Part shown: positions 47,755 to 60,404 of the stretch, in pieces | Layout: every line of letters starts with the position of its first letter | How positions within the stretch are numbered: position 1 is the first letter of the stretch | Assembly (NCBI GenBank): GCA_030390025.1 | Contig: CM059431.1 | Location: 125,614,001-125,678,000, forward strand | DNA: 64,000 nt | Direction of reading: 5' to 3' | Source: Squalus acanthias | Taxonomy: Eukaryota | The notes under the pieces: generated by a model | Databases searched by the model: none | The model's input: only the letters and a program-made list of their open reading frames with translations | Told to the model about the DNA's origin: nothing | Made by a program: the position numbers and the translations under genes

Positions 47755-49360
47755 GTCCGGAATATTTATCTGCCAATGCACTGGGAGTGGGAGTGGGGGG
47801 GGGGGGGGTTCCGGTTGCATGCAGGAAACCCGGAAGTAGCTGCTGCGCGTCTGTCACTGGCTAACTCATCCATTGCATTTGCATCTGACTTCTGGGTTTA
47901 CCGACCAATTAGCGCAAGCGGGCATGATGATGGCATGCATGGGTCTATTTCAGCTGAGGTATTTAAAGGAACACTTCAAAGATAACAGTTGAAGGATTGT
48001 GGAAGTGGGAGAAATATATCAAGCACTATAGAATGGAGTTTCAGCATTCAAAGGCTGTGCCTCGCTTCAGCGATGCGGCCCTAGACCTCATGCTGCGTGG
48101 TGTAAGGGTCCGCAGGGAGATTTTATGCCCTGTTGACGGAAGGAAGAAGCCAGCTTCACTGACCAAGAAGGCACGGCTGGAGATAGCAGAGGAGGTGAGC
48201 AGCAGGAGTGTGGTGCCACACTCCTGGATACCGTGTAGGAAGCGGTTTAATGACCTATTGAGGGCAGATAAGGTGAGTACAATGCCACATTCAACTACAT
48301 CCTGATATACGTGTCACCGCAACCCCCTCACTCTGCCTTCCCAAGCCTACTCCTGCATATCACTCCTCACAACAACGTACCTTGCAGGTGCACCCATCCC
48401 TCCTTGGCTATGCACTTCCTCACATCTCCATCTGACCATCCACCACTGACACTCACCCTCATCTTAATGCAATATCATGCCTCTTCCTCATAGTCACCCT
48501 CAACAGATGTTTCACTCATTCCATGGCTCTCACTCAAGGGTCTCTGGTTTCCCTCCTTGCAAAAGAGAGCACAGAGCACTAGGGAGAGGCAGAGAACCGG
48601 AGGTGGCCCTCCAGTCATTGCCACGCTGACTGCAGCAAAGGAGGATGCTCTTGAGATAACCAGAGTGTCGGCGTACCTGGAAATTTGAGATGGAGAAATG
48701 GGGACATCCCAGCTACTTGGTGACAGAATTAAATATCACACAGCCACATGGCATACAACAGTCACTCATGTTGACTTGATGTCAGCAGCCAGTGAAATAT
48801 GATCATATGCACAATATTAACTTAAAACATTCTTACTATGACAGTTCTAATTCATGGGGGATAAGCTCATGGCTGCCACGAGAGTTGCCAGTGTCACCAG
48901 CAGCTCGGGTTAACAGCCGCTAAACATGGACAAAGCACTACCAAGAAAACATTTTTAGACTCCCCCACCCCACCCAACCCACATGCCCCTCACTCACCTA
49001 CCAACAATCTGTACCAATCACGAGATACATCTCCCATTTTTAGCCTCACCTCACCCCCTTGGAGGAGACATTGCAAGCTATTCTTGGCAGGGGCACAGCG
49101 GGGCTGAAAGGAAACAAGATGCTGGTATCCTCGTACGTTATCCTCCTTCTGGCATGTACCTCTTGCTTTCTCGCCCTCCCCTCACAACTCCACCCTTGTG
49201 CCTTCCTCATTTCACACACCCAAGAAATGCAGCCTACCCAGTCAGTGGTTGACCAAGAAGAGGTAGAGAAGAGAGAAGAAGAAGAAGAAGAAACACCATC
49301 ACTTGATTTGACACTCCCAGCCACCAGCTCCTCAAGGGCGACCAGCAAGGTCACTTACTA
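47755..49360 (+). mobile_element. Harbinger element remnant with a Myb/SANT-like DNA-binding exon
   Basis: PRFSDAALDLML...IAEEVSSRS...W..CRKRFNDL followed by a GTGAGT donor. Confidence 0.7.
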
Positions 49361-49849
49361 GCATAAGAACATAAGAATTAGGAGCAGGAGTAGGCCATAC
49401 AGCCCTTCGAGCCTGCTCCACCATTCAGTAAGACCTTGTGTGTTTTTTGATCTCAACTCTACTTTCCTGCTCGATCCCCATATCCCTTGATTCTCCTAGA
49501 GTCCAAAAATCTATCTATCTCAGCCTTGAATATACTCAACAACTCAGTATCCACAGCCCTTTCAGGTAGAGAATTCCAAAGATTCACAACCCTAATTTGC
49601 AGTGTCCCCACTGAAAGTCAGCAGCCTTCCACCAGCCATGCTGCAGCCACTGGGGTAGCACTGCTTGCCATCAGTAGGATAGGCAAAGGCAGACATAAAA
49701 AAGTCACTAAGAGAATGCATAAGGGTGATGAGTTGATTTTTTGATGTCATATTGGATGGATAGATGTATAAAGTTGGATTGGAAAGTTTGCTTTGTGGTG
49801 TCTTTTATTTAAGCATCGTGGCCAAGAGGATACTGTGGTGGTCAGTAAC

Positions 49850-50660
49850 AGAGGGAAGGTAAGGTATGGGGCTAATGTTGAAAAGGGAATTGAGGTTGTG
49901 GTCACTGGGATCACAGGCGGATGATTCCATCCCGGATATCCCCATCAGAAAGGGGCTGTCTGGGTTGCATGCTTCCTTCTGCTTCCTCTTCGTCTCCTTC
50001 CTCCACTTCTGCGTCTTCCTCTTCTGTGTCTTTCTCATCCCTCTACAAGAGGATGCTGTAAATCTGAAATGACAACATAAATTGCTGGAAATACTCAGCA
50101 GGTCAGGCAACATCTTGACCTGAGACGTGAACTCAGTTTTTCTCTCTCCACGGATGTTGCCTGACCTGCTGAGTATTTGCAGCATTTCCTTTCTTCTCAG
50201 AGGCCATCCTTTACCATTCGAGGCCTTGCAAGCATGCAGCAGCACTTCTTACACACATAAAAAAACTTTTAACATCAATTGCAGCAAGTCACTACTTCAA
50301 TAAAATCAAAAAATTGCAGTCCAAAAGCTTAAATGCAAACTTAACTGAAAGAAGTGTGTGTCCCTTTAAGAGGTGCTGACAGCGCCTCTGTCAGTCTGCT
50401 TGCACGATGGGTTTACCTGGCGTGCTTAGGACCCAGCACTGAACTCCGCGCTAGGGTCGAAGCTCACCGTGTTGACGTTAATTCGGAGTTGCACACCCAC
50501 TGATGTCACCACTCCTCCATTTTTCTTTGCAGGGCAATACTACTTAACAGCAACACTACCAGGACTTCAAAAATGGAGGACACTGCAGGACCTACCACTA
50601 GCGGGCGGAAGAGTGGTGGCTGCTTTCTCGACATTAGGCTTGCTAACAGGTGGCGCAAAC
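49850..50660 (-). repeat. Dispersed repeat (Harbinger-derived?) carrying a Penelope-derived inverted repeat; second copy at 53700-54540
   Basis: Colinear with 53700-54540; GAA-rich block; long inverted repeat at 50083-50184. Confidence 0.6.
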
Positions 50661-51978
50661 TATGCGAATTTCTATGCCACTATCTTAAAATTGGAGCTGG
50701 GCCATTTACGAGTGAAATCAGGAAACACTTTTTCACAGAAAGGGCAGTGGAAATTAGAACTCGCTCCCCCAAGGGGCTCTGCCAGCTGGGTGAATTCAGA
50801 TTCTCAAGACTGAGATCAATAGGTTATTATTGGGTAAGGATATCATGGGATATGAAGAAAAGACAGGTAGATGGAGGTGAGGAACAGATCAGCCATAATC
50901 TGTTTCAATGTGGAACAAGCTCGAGCGGCTGACCGTCTACTATTTCTATATCACTGTCATGAGGTCACCTGTATTACTCTACACATAACATTAATTGGAA
51001 TGTTATCGCTATACCACAGCCATAAACTCTTCATTAAACTATTGCAGACTGAATGGATTTACAACTAACACAAAGCTGCCACCCGATTTCCTTGCATTAT
51101 GGGCCAGATTTTCTGATTCTGATTAAAATAGGTTCGTGCAGGCTCAAGTCTTGGACGCACCCAACTCTTACCATGGTGGATTGGAGGGGGGTGGGGGGCG
51201 ATGTGTCCAATTTTCTAATATAAGCGTCACCCCTTATTTTGACTTGGCTACACAGGAGCTAGGCCTGCAGCACACTTCGCTGGGGATTGGAAAATTGGCC
51301 ACTATTTGCCTGTTCCACTCCTAACAGGCAATTTGTGCAATTTTTCTCGGATTCCAACCAAGTTTTGTAGATGCTGTATATAATGATAAACTCAATGATT
51401 ACCTTGGAACTTAATTAGCCGCTATAGAAAACACAGAAATCTATTTGCTCCGATTCTTTATAAATTGCAACAGCAAAACAATTATGTGACTTGCATTTCT
51501 TTCCAAAGGAGAATGGTATCACTTTATGAATTGAAATACCGGCAGATACATACCAACTGTCAATGTTTTTGTTGAATGAGATTCTGAAAGAATCATTACT
51601 GATTTCAATTTTCTCAGTCTCCATTATGAAGAGACAAGGCATCATAAAATGAGCTCGATAAAATCTGGAAGAGTAACAGATGAATTTAATTCAAAAAACA
51701 AAACACAGAAAATGCTACAAACACTCCACAGCATCTGTGGAGAGAGAAAGATAGGGTTGATATTTCAGGTCAATCCTTTTGTCAGGACAGAAAAATTAAA
51801 TATTGTTTTTTAATCATTCGTGGGGTGTGGGCATCATTGGTAAGGCTGACTTTCATTGCCCATCCCAAATTGCCCTGAGAAGATGGTGCTGGGTCAACTG
51901 ATGACTTACTAGTTCACTGCAGAGGGCAGATAAGAGTCAGCCATGTTGGTGTGGGACTGGAGTCACATATAGGCCAGA

Positions 51979-52440
51979 CATAAGAACATAAGAAATAGGA
52001 ACTGGAGTAGGAAATTTGGCCCTTCGAGCCTGCTCCACCATTCAACTAGATCATGGATGATCTTCTACCTCGACACCACCTTCCCGCACTATCGCCTTAT
52101 CCCTTAATTCCCTTAGTTCCTAAAAATGTACTGACCTCTGTCTTGAATATACTCAATGACTCAGCATCCACATCTCTCTGGGGTAGAGAATTCCAAAGAT
52201 TCACAACTCTTTGAGTGAAGAAATTTCTCCTCATCTCAGTCCTAAATGGCCTACTCCTTATTTTTGAGACTGTAACTCCATGTTCTAGATTCCCCAGCCA
52301 GGGGAAACATTTTCCCAACATTAACCCTGTCAAGCCCCTTAAGAACTATATATGTTTCAATTACATCACCTCTCTGCAGCCTCTTTGCGCGCTCCTCACA
52401 GCTTACTTTCCCACCTAACTTTGTATCATCAGCAAACTGG
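51979..52440 (-). mobile_element. CR1 LINE 3' fragment with an internal deletion
   Basis: [36 protein letters not shown] tail. Confidence 0.85.
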
Positions 52441-52900
52441 TAAGTACGGCAGTTTCCTTCCCTGAGGACATTCATGATCCATTAGGGTGTATACGACAAT
52501 CCAGCACCTTCATGGTCTATTTTACTGATACCAGCACTTTTTTTCCCAAGTTTTTTTTAAACTGAATTCAAATTCTCAAACTACTCTGGTGCAATTTGAA
52601 CTCACCATCGCTGGATTATTAGTTCAGCCTCTGAATTGATAGTCTAGTAACATCACTGCTATACCACCATTCCCTTCTTAAATATGAATAAGTGTAAATA
52701 TTTCACATTGGAAGCAAGATGGATGATGTGTAGCTAAGGACAAAATTGAAAGAAATCTGAAGATGCTGATAGATGGGACGATTAACATGGCCAGTCACAG
52801 TGGAGTAAGAATCAATCAAACAATTACGGAATAATGACCTATGTTGCTAAGTAAGAGGATCCCATACAGCACTGTACAATGCACTGGTCAGACACTTTTA

Positions 52901-53641
52901 GGGGAAGAAATTGGGTTGTTTGTGCCTCTCGTTACCGGGGCGCGCTGATGGGACACAAATCCCCGAGCGCCCGGGCACGGCACCGCTAACTCCTCCTGCG
53001 GAATTCAGCAGGAGGTTAGCTGTAGCGGTCGCCGGCAGCACCCCACGCGCTACACCGCCGGCGATGACATCATCGCCGTGTGCAACGCCCCGCATGCGCC
53101 CCAGCTGCAAACTTCCCTTGTGCTCCCTGACCTATCGCTGGACGATATGTCTGACAGCACCAGGGGGCGTTGTTGCAGCAGCGGCGACGGTCGTTAAAGG
53201 GCAGGTGTCAGACGGCTATTTTTATTTTGGCCGACTGCCCACACCTGTCCCCTTTCCCTTTTTTACGCGGAGTGCTGGCCGCGATTGCACAGCCCGGCCC
53301 TCCTCTTGAGGGCTGGGCTGTTTCCACGGCACCCCGCTCCCCGGTGGTCTAGCAGGGCCCCAGTGCGCGCAGCTCTAGGCCCCTCCCCTTTAATCAGGGG
53401 AGGAAGTCTGCAATGATGCAGCGCTATGTGTCGCCGCTTGTGGCGCGGCTGCACGTAGCGCCGCCAACTTCAGTAGTAGCGCCCCAGGAAGGAGGTGGAG
53501 TGTTTCCAGTAGCGCCCCACCTCCTGCTTGGAGCACTACTACTGAATTTACAGTGGAGGGGCGCTAACTTTTTCATGGCGCTAAAATTAGCGCCCCGGCA
53601 ACGTTAGCACCCCAAAAGGGGCGCCACCAAATTTTTCCCCC
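52901..53641. mobile_element. GC-rich Harbinger/Tourist-type MITE
   Basis: TIR GGGGAAGAAATTGG / CCAAATTTTTCCCCC with TTA TSD on both sides. Confidence 0.8.
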
Positions 53642-53699
53642 TTAGTCTTTTGTCCAGTTTTCATCACTCAAGCCATGGAGGTGGTGCCCAATTAAAATT

Positions 53700-54545
53700 A
53701 ATGGGTTAATGCTTCTATTAAGGTGTGAGACTAATGGGACTGCAGGCGAATGACTCCATCCCGATATCCTGGCCAGAAAGGGGCTGTCTGGGTTGCACCC
53801 TTCCTTCTGCTTCCCCTTCTTCGGCACTCTCCTCTTTGGCTTTCCTCCACTTCGACTTCCTTCTCTTTTGCTTCCTCCTCTTCAGTTTCTTCCTCTTCTG
53901 CTTTTTCCTCTTCTGCACCTTCCTCTTCCCTCTGTGAGCAGATGCTATAAATATGAAATGACAGCATAAAATGCTGGAAATACTCAGTAGGTCAGGCAGC
54001 ATCTTGACCTGAGACGTGAACTCTGTTTCTCTCTCCACGGATGTTGCCTGACCTGCGGATTATTTGCCGCTTTTTCAGTCTTCTCAGAGGCCTTCCTTTA
54101 CCATCCGACTCCTTGCCAGCATCCAGCAGCACTCCCTACACACTTTAAAGAAATTTGACATCTATTGCAGCAAGCCACTACTTCAGTAAAATCAAAAAAA
54201 AACAGTCCAAAAGCTTAAATGCGAACTTACCTGAAAGATGTGTGTGACCCTTTAAGAGCTCTGTGAGTCTGCTTGTATGCTGGGTTTACTTAGCGAGCTT
54301 AGGACCCAGTGCTGAACTCAGCGCAAAGGTTCAAGTTTGTTATGGTGACGTTAAGTCAGTGTTGCACGCCGACTGATGTCACCGCTCCCTCATTTTAATT
54401 TACAGGGCGATGGATGTTATCGGCAGCGCTGCCGGGCCTGGGAAAATGGAGGATGCCGCGGGACCCACCACCAACTGGCGCAAGAGCACCGGCCACCCTC
54501 TTTTCGCGAAATTTTTGCGATAATGGTTTGCCCCCAAATTTTTAG
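53700..54545 (-). repeat. Second copy of the 49850-50660 repeat
   Basis: Shared sequence throughout, including the hairpin at 53971-54070. Confidence 0.6.
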
Positions 54546-57031
54546 CCCATTTTGTTTCATCTCCCATAGGCCCATCACGTGTCCCACAGGAGGTGGTGCC
54601 AGAGGAGGAAGATGACTCCTCAGAGCTAACTCTGAGGGTGCACCATCACAGAACTCATGCCCACCATGCACCAGCGCAGATACACACATGTCGGTGGGAG
54701 CAGCAAGACAGATAGTTGTGTTGTCACCTGGTGTCGCACACATCGCACGTGAGCAAGAGTAGATGGTGGAGACCGGGACAGCAGTGGAGAGTTCCCATCG
54801 GAGGGTGCAGGACGCTCTTAGCTCTGCTCAGCTGGACGCAGGTGCTGAACCTCGGAGGCTGTCGACAAAGAGGATTATTCTGGAGCAGCATTCAAAAAAT
54901 GTGTGAGGTTCTGGCAGGATTTCCAGCCACACTTGCAGAGCGAGTGTAAGAGTCCGTCTCAATCATAAGTGGCATGATGTCGCAGGCCTCAGCTATGATG
55001 TGTTTGTCCATGGAAAGAGTGGCCACCTACATGGAGCATCAAGTACAGCAGTCAAACAAGTGCATGCTGGCCCTCACCAATGGCTTGCACACTCTGAATT
55101 CACCTTAACTGGAATAGACCTAGCCTTGTGCGTTGAGCGCCCCACTGATGTGTAGCAAAGTGCTCTCCATCTCATTGCCAGCAGATAAATGGGGGTGGGC
55201 CATGATAGGGAAGATGGAGAAGGGGGACATAGAATTGGGGACTCTGCTTAAAGAGCTTCCATTTCTCACCCATTGCCCCCTACACCAACACCCCCACCAC
55301 CCCTCCCACCCCCAGTCAGTGCCCCACATGCTGTCTCAGATCACAATGGCCGAGTCTGCCCCTGCACAGGTGCAGCAATCTTTGGTGGGCCCTTACGGGC
55401 TCCAAAACCCAGAGGACATCGGCCAAGAGCATCTCAGCAGTCAGAGCAGCAATGTGAGCAGCCTTTACCTCTGCTGAAGCCACAGAGGTTGCACCACGTA
55501 GGAGTTGGAGGAAAAGGAAGATGTAAGATTAGTAGTTGCACAAGGGTATGCACATGCGTGTGTTAGAAATGTTACAGTAATGGGATAATGTAGAAGTTTT
55601 GAGCCACATATAAAATTATTTCTTTGCACCACTTTCCAGTCTTACCCATTTTTGCCTGCAGCCTGCCAACTGGCCTTCTCACTTCTGATGAATGGTAAGA
55701 CAAGACTTAAATCTGAGCAATGGGTGTCTGTGGAAGGGATGCTTTGTAGATTGCAGGACTGCTTTGTGTTGGGGGATGGGCGGGGTGCAAGTGGGTGCAG
55801 CACGTGGCTGCCAGATGGAAATAGTGGCGCAACCTAACTGAATCTTGTCATGATGAGTATGTCCCGGGCAGCCTGGGCAGCAATATGAGCTGCTGCTCAT
55901 GCCATGGCCACATGATGTCCCTCCTCCTCCTCTTCATCTTCCTCCTCTGAAGAGGCAATGAGCTCTGTGCCTTGATCCTCCTGCAGCTCCAGTCCTCACT
56001 GCTGCGCTGTTGTACACAGCGCAGCAAACCATGATCATCCTGGAGACACTAGCTGGTGCGTATTGAAGGGCACCTCCAGATCTGTCGAGGCACCTGAAGC
56101 ACATCTTCAGCATCCTGATTGCTTGCTCAAGGACACATCTTGTCATCATATGGCTTCGATTTTAGCCACTGGTAATGTGCGTCCACCAGGTCCACTTGGC
56201 AGCATGTCATGTTATAGCAGGGTGCAAATATCTGCTATAACCTGACGTGATAGCCTGAGCCTTCTGATGCACTGGTGTTCAGACATGTCCAGGAAGCTGA
56301 TCCTCTGGCTATATACCCTGTGTTGTGGGTATCGCCTCCTGCGAGCTGCACCTCTGTGCTCATCCCTCTCTTCTGTGGAGCGACAGGTCTGTGAGGAGAA
56401 GCTGCTCCTGCTGGAGCTGTTGCTGCTGGGGCTCATCTTGGTCCTCATCTGAGGCCAAAGGTGAAACCGTAAAAGCAGCACCCATGCTGATCTGATATAT
56501 GACAGGTGCAAAGTGGAGATCAGATGCACAATCCTCCAATGTAGTGAAAGTCAACTCCAAAGTTGTAGAAACCACTTCCAAAGTTGTAAAAATCACCTGC
56601 AAAGTGCTGAAAGCAAACTCTCAGAACAAGTGCTGTGAGCAAAAGCCTTTCACCTGCAAGGAAGCAGGTGTGAGGTCTCAGTATTATGGGATTTTTGGCC
56701 TGTCATTTGTTTAGCCCCCAACAATTGTCGCTGCGCTGTCATCTTGCTTTCACTGGCGAGGTCCAGAAACCCCGGAAAACCCGTGCACCCACAGTGAAAG
56801 TTGAAAACCCCTGTAAAAAAGTATTTAATCACCTCTTAACTACTTTTGAATAGCTTTAAATTGGTAACTCGCCTCTCCCGAGAGGGTTTCTCGCTCGCAT
56901 CCGAAATCATTTGAGTGAAATGCGGAAGTCGGCGGAATGGAGCAAGCTTCCTGACGCGCTGTCAATTTCAGCGCATTTAACCACCCACCCGTTCCCAAAT
57001 TCACTCACTCTTTGCTGTTAGAATCCCCCCC
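54546..57031. mobile_element. Harbinger element right part (Myb-gene 3' exon on +, deleted transposase on -)
   Basis: TRCVLEQAIRMLKMCFRCLDRSGGALQY and [31 protein letters not shown] on -; + part similar to 38640-39660. Confidence 0.75.
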
Positions 57032-57102
57032 TATACAGTACAAAAGAAAGGAAGTTGTGCTAAACCTTTATAAATCACTGCTTAGGCCCCAGCTGGCGTA
57101 TT

Positions 57103-57904
57103 GGGAGGAATTTTAACCCCAAAAAATGGGTGGGTTGGGGTCGTGTGGGAGGCTAAAGAGTTAAAAAAAACCCTTCAACCGCTCACTTCGGTTTTAACGG
57201 AGGCGGGATAGTGGGTGGGCAGCCAACCAACTCTGGCTGGCCAGGTTTCCCAGATCTCGGGGAACCCGCCAGCTAAAGGGAGGCGAATTTGTTGGATTCA
57301 GGAGGTAAGTGCCTTTCCACTTACCTGCTGGATCCATCATCCTTGCCTCGTCAATCCCCCATGATCGGACACCCCCCGACCCTTCCGATCTCCCGCTGAG
57401 GCCTCGGATCTGCCCCCCTGAAGCCTCCGATCTGCCCGAGGCCTCCAATCTGCCCCCGAGGCCTCTGATCTCCCCCTCTGGCCCTGATCACCCTCTGGCC
57501 TCCCCACTCCTGTCTTGCTCCTCTTCCGGCCTCTCCCCTCCCTCCCTGATCCTCCAGCCCCGATCCTCCTCCAGCCTTCCACCTCCAGCCCTGATCCTCC
57601 TCCAGCCCCAATCCTCCAACCCCGAGCCTCCTCCAGCCTCTGACTCCCACCATCCCTCCCTCCTTCCTCTCTGCAGTCTGTTGCCTGAGGCCTACCCACC
57701 TGGCAGCCAGCAAGCCTCTCCATCTGACTGGCTGCGGGTGGGAATCAGTGCTTTTAAATGCTAATCAGGCTTTGCCGTTAAATTAAGCAAGGCCTGGGGG
57801 AAACCTGTTCCCCCATGTTACCTGGTGGCTTTCTAGCACCCCCCACCCTCATCCTCATCCCCCACCCCCTGCTCCCTACTCGCCTCCAAATTAAAATTCA
57901 ATCC
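57103..57904. mobile_element. Harbinger-type MITE with a C-rich low-complexity core
   Basis: GGGAGGAATTTTAA / TTAAAATTCAATCC termini with ATT TSD; removing it restores the CR1 sequence. Confidence 0.7.
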
Positions 57905-58082
57905 ATTGTGTCCAATTCTGGATACCACACTTTAAGAAGGATGTCAAGCCTTTGGAGAGGGTACAGAGGAGATTTTCTAGAATGGTACCAGGGATGGAAG
58001 ACTTCAGTTGGGTGGAGAGACCAGAGAAGCTGTAGTTGTTCTCCTTAGACCAGAGAAGGTAAAGTGGAGATTTAATAGGTAT

Positions 58083-59485
58083 TGTAAGGGGTTCGGTTCG
58101 GGGTGCTTGTGCGGGGTTAGGCCTTCGTTGCCTAATACTATTGCTTGCTCTGGTCTCCGGCCAGCCTTGTTGCAATAAGCACCTGTGAGTGGTTCGACCC
58201 ACTCGCCCTTACGGTTCTAACACTGGACTTAGGTGCGAGAGCAGTAATGCAGAGAAAAACTCAAATAGACCCGGTTGAATAGTACGAAATGGAAATCTTT
58301 ATTGCATAGCGTCCAAAATCATGAAGTACATGTCATAGGCACAAATTAATGACAGTACAAGTATACATACATTCATAAAACTTGGTCTAGGGTAATGAGG
58401 AACGCACGGCACATCGTAAAAAGGGGAACACATTATATTTATCCTTAATAAAACTACCCGCCCCTATCAATACCTACACTAATCTAGATTTGTAGGATCG
58501 AGGAAACATGCTCACCACTCGTGATACTTCGGAGAATTTTAAAGTAAGGCACTCGGCTTGTTTCGCTGCAGTTCCTGACTGTCACGTGTTTGAAGGGGTC
58601 TCTGTACCCCACTTGTTTATCTTCGCTGCTCCGGCAAGCAGGCTGGGCTCCCCGTTGTCATGAAGAACTCGACAGTGCTCGGCCACGGTTGTAGAAGTCC
58701 AGAGAGACAATCAAAAGCTCACCAGTCAAGCGAGTCCATGAAGCGGCAAGCGACTAAGAGTTCAGCAGTCATCAGCCAGATAAGAGAATAATAAGCAAGA
58801 GTTCAGCCCGAGTCAAAAGTCGAATCAAGAGAATAAGCCCCTTGATGGACATTTGTTCACTATAGTTATAGTGCTGTGTTCCCTTATCTCCCGCTCAAAT
58901 CTTAATGTTTGTCCTTTGTGTAATACTGGTGCACAAACTTCTCAGTATGGGGTGATTCTTGTTTGTAATGGGTTTCAGTGACACTTGTAACTGGCCAAAT
59001 ACCCGTTAATGTTTCTCCCATTGTGGAACCGGCTGGGAGCTTCCCTGGTGGTGTTTTGGGGGCCTCCGAAATATTTGTGTAAGCACCCGCGAATGGCTCT
59101 CTCATTGTAGAGCTGCGGGGAATTTGCGTATTGATGTCTTTTGGATGGGCCTCTGATTGCCCAGTACAATAGTCCTTACTTGTACATGGAAAATGATTCC
59201 AGCACTTATATCTTTGCTATTGTGTCGAATGCAGTCAGGTTGCATCCTGTCTTTACCAATGTTGGCTGCGTATTAACCAATCTTATACTGAAATGTTTAT
59301 TCGAACGCCACCTTGTCTGCCCACTGAAAATTCTGGAAGCTGCTGCCACGAGGCACGGCAGCCATTTTACAGGCTTCTTGTGTCCGTTTTGAAACATGAC
59401 AGCATTTCGCTGAAATAAAACTACTTGACCGAAACTGTATCTCTCTCTCGTTATTTTTGAATCGCGATAATTTGCGAATTTTACA
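58083..59485 (-). repeat. Solo LTR (1403 bp) of a diverged relative of the nested retroviruses
   Basis: TGTAAGGG...GCGAATTTTACA; perfect 4-bp TSD GTAT; many shared blocks (CACCTGTGAGTGGTTCGA, CATGCTCACCACTCGTGATA, GGCCATTTTACAGGCT-like). Confidence 0.93.
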
Positions 59486-60404
59486 GTATGTTCAAAATCA
59501 GGAAGGGTTTTGATAGAGTAAGCAAGGAGCAACTGTTTCCAGTGGCAGAAGGGTCAGTATTCAGAGGACGCAGATTTAAGGTCATTGGCAAAAGAACCAG
59601 AAGCGAGATGAGGAGGTTTCTTTTACACGGTGAGTTGTTATGATCTGGAATGCGCTGCCTGACAGGGTGATGGTAGAAGATTCAATAATAACCTTCAGAA
59701 AGTAACTGGATAAATACTTGAAGGGGAAAATTTGCAGGACTATGGGGAAAGGGCAGGGAATGGGACTGATTGGATAGCTCTTTCAGAGAGCTGGCACAGG
59801 CACGATGGGCCGAATGACCTCATTCTGTGCTGTAATATTCTATGATGAGGGGGACAATAAGGATGTTGAAGGTTTACGTTGATATTGAAAATCTGGATCC
59901 AGGAAAGTTAGTCTGTCAGTTGCAGGATTTGAAGATGTAGGGATAAAGTTTTAACTTAAAGATGTCAATAGAAAATAAGTAATTTAGATAACTTTTTTCA
60001 GTAAGATGATGATAAAATTGTGAAACAGAAAATCATGACAGATCTTATAAAAGAACTAGGTGACGTACTGTGGTAAAGTGGACACAGTGCTATTCATTTC
60101 AAAATCAAGGAAAACAACCTGATAGGAGATGTGGAAAGATAGACTAGATGGAGCAGTGGTCTTCACTATTTAAATCATTACTATGTTCCTACTACGATAC
60201 GATTATTTGAATGAAAATAAAAATAATGTTCTAAGTCTGGAATGTCCATGGGAGTTCTCTGGGGTTAGATTGGGAGAACCCTGCAGCAATCCATTATCTT
60301 ATCATTCCCATTCTTTTTTAAACATATATTTAATTGATATTAGTTGCACTTTGGTACTCTATTGTACATGCAATGCTCTTCAAAAATTTTAATTCATTTG
60401 TTGC

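Larger units (their letters stand above)
57035..59845 (+). mobile_element. Degraded CR1 3' fragment interrupted by a MITE and a solo LTR
   Basis: LYKSLLRPQL.Y|CVQFW, then GDLI|.FKI.KGFDRV...LFP; CR1-type 3' UTR. Confidence 0.8.

Noticed and set aside
53718..54038. Lys- or Glu-rich ORFs as host genes
   Set aside because: They arise from a GAA-rich simple repeat within a dispersed element
57194..57764. Pro- and Gly-rich ORFs
   Set aside because: Low-complexity C-rich core of a MITE, open in several frames
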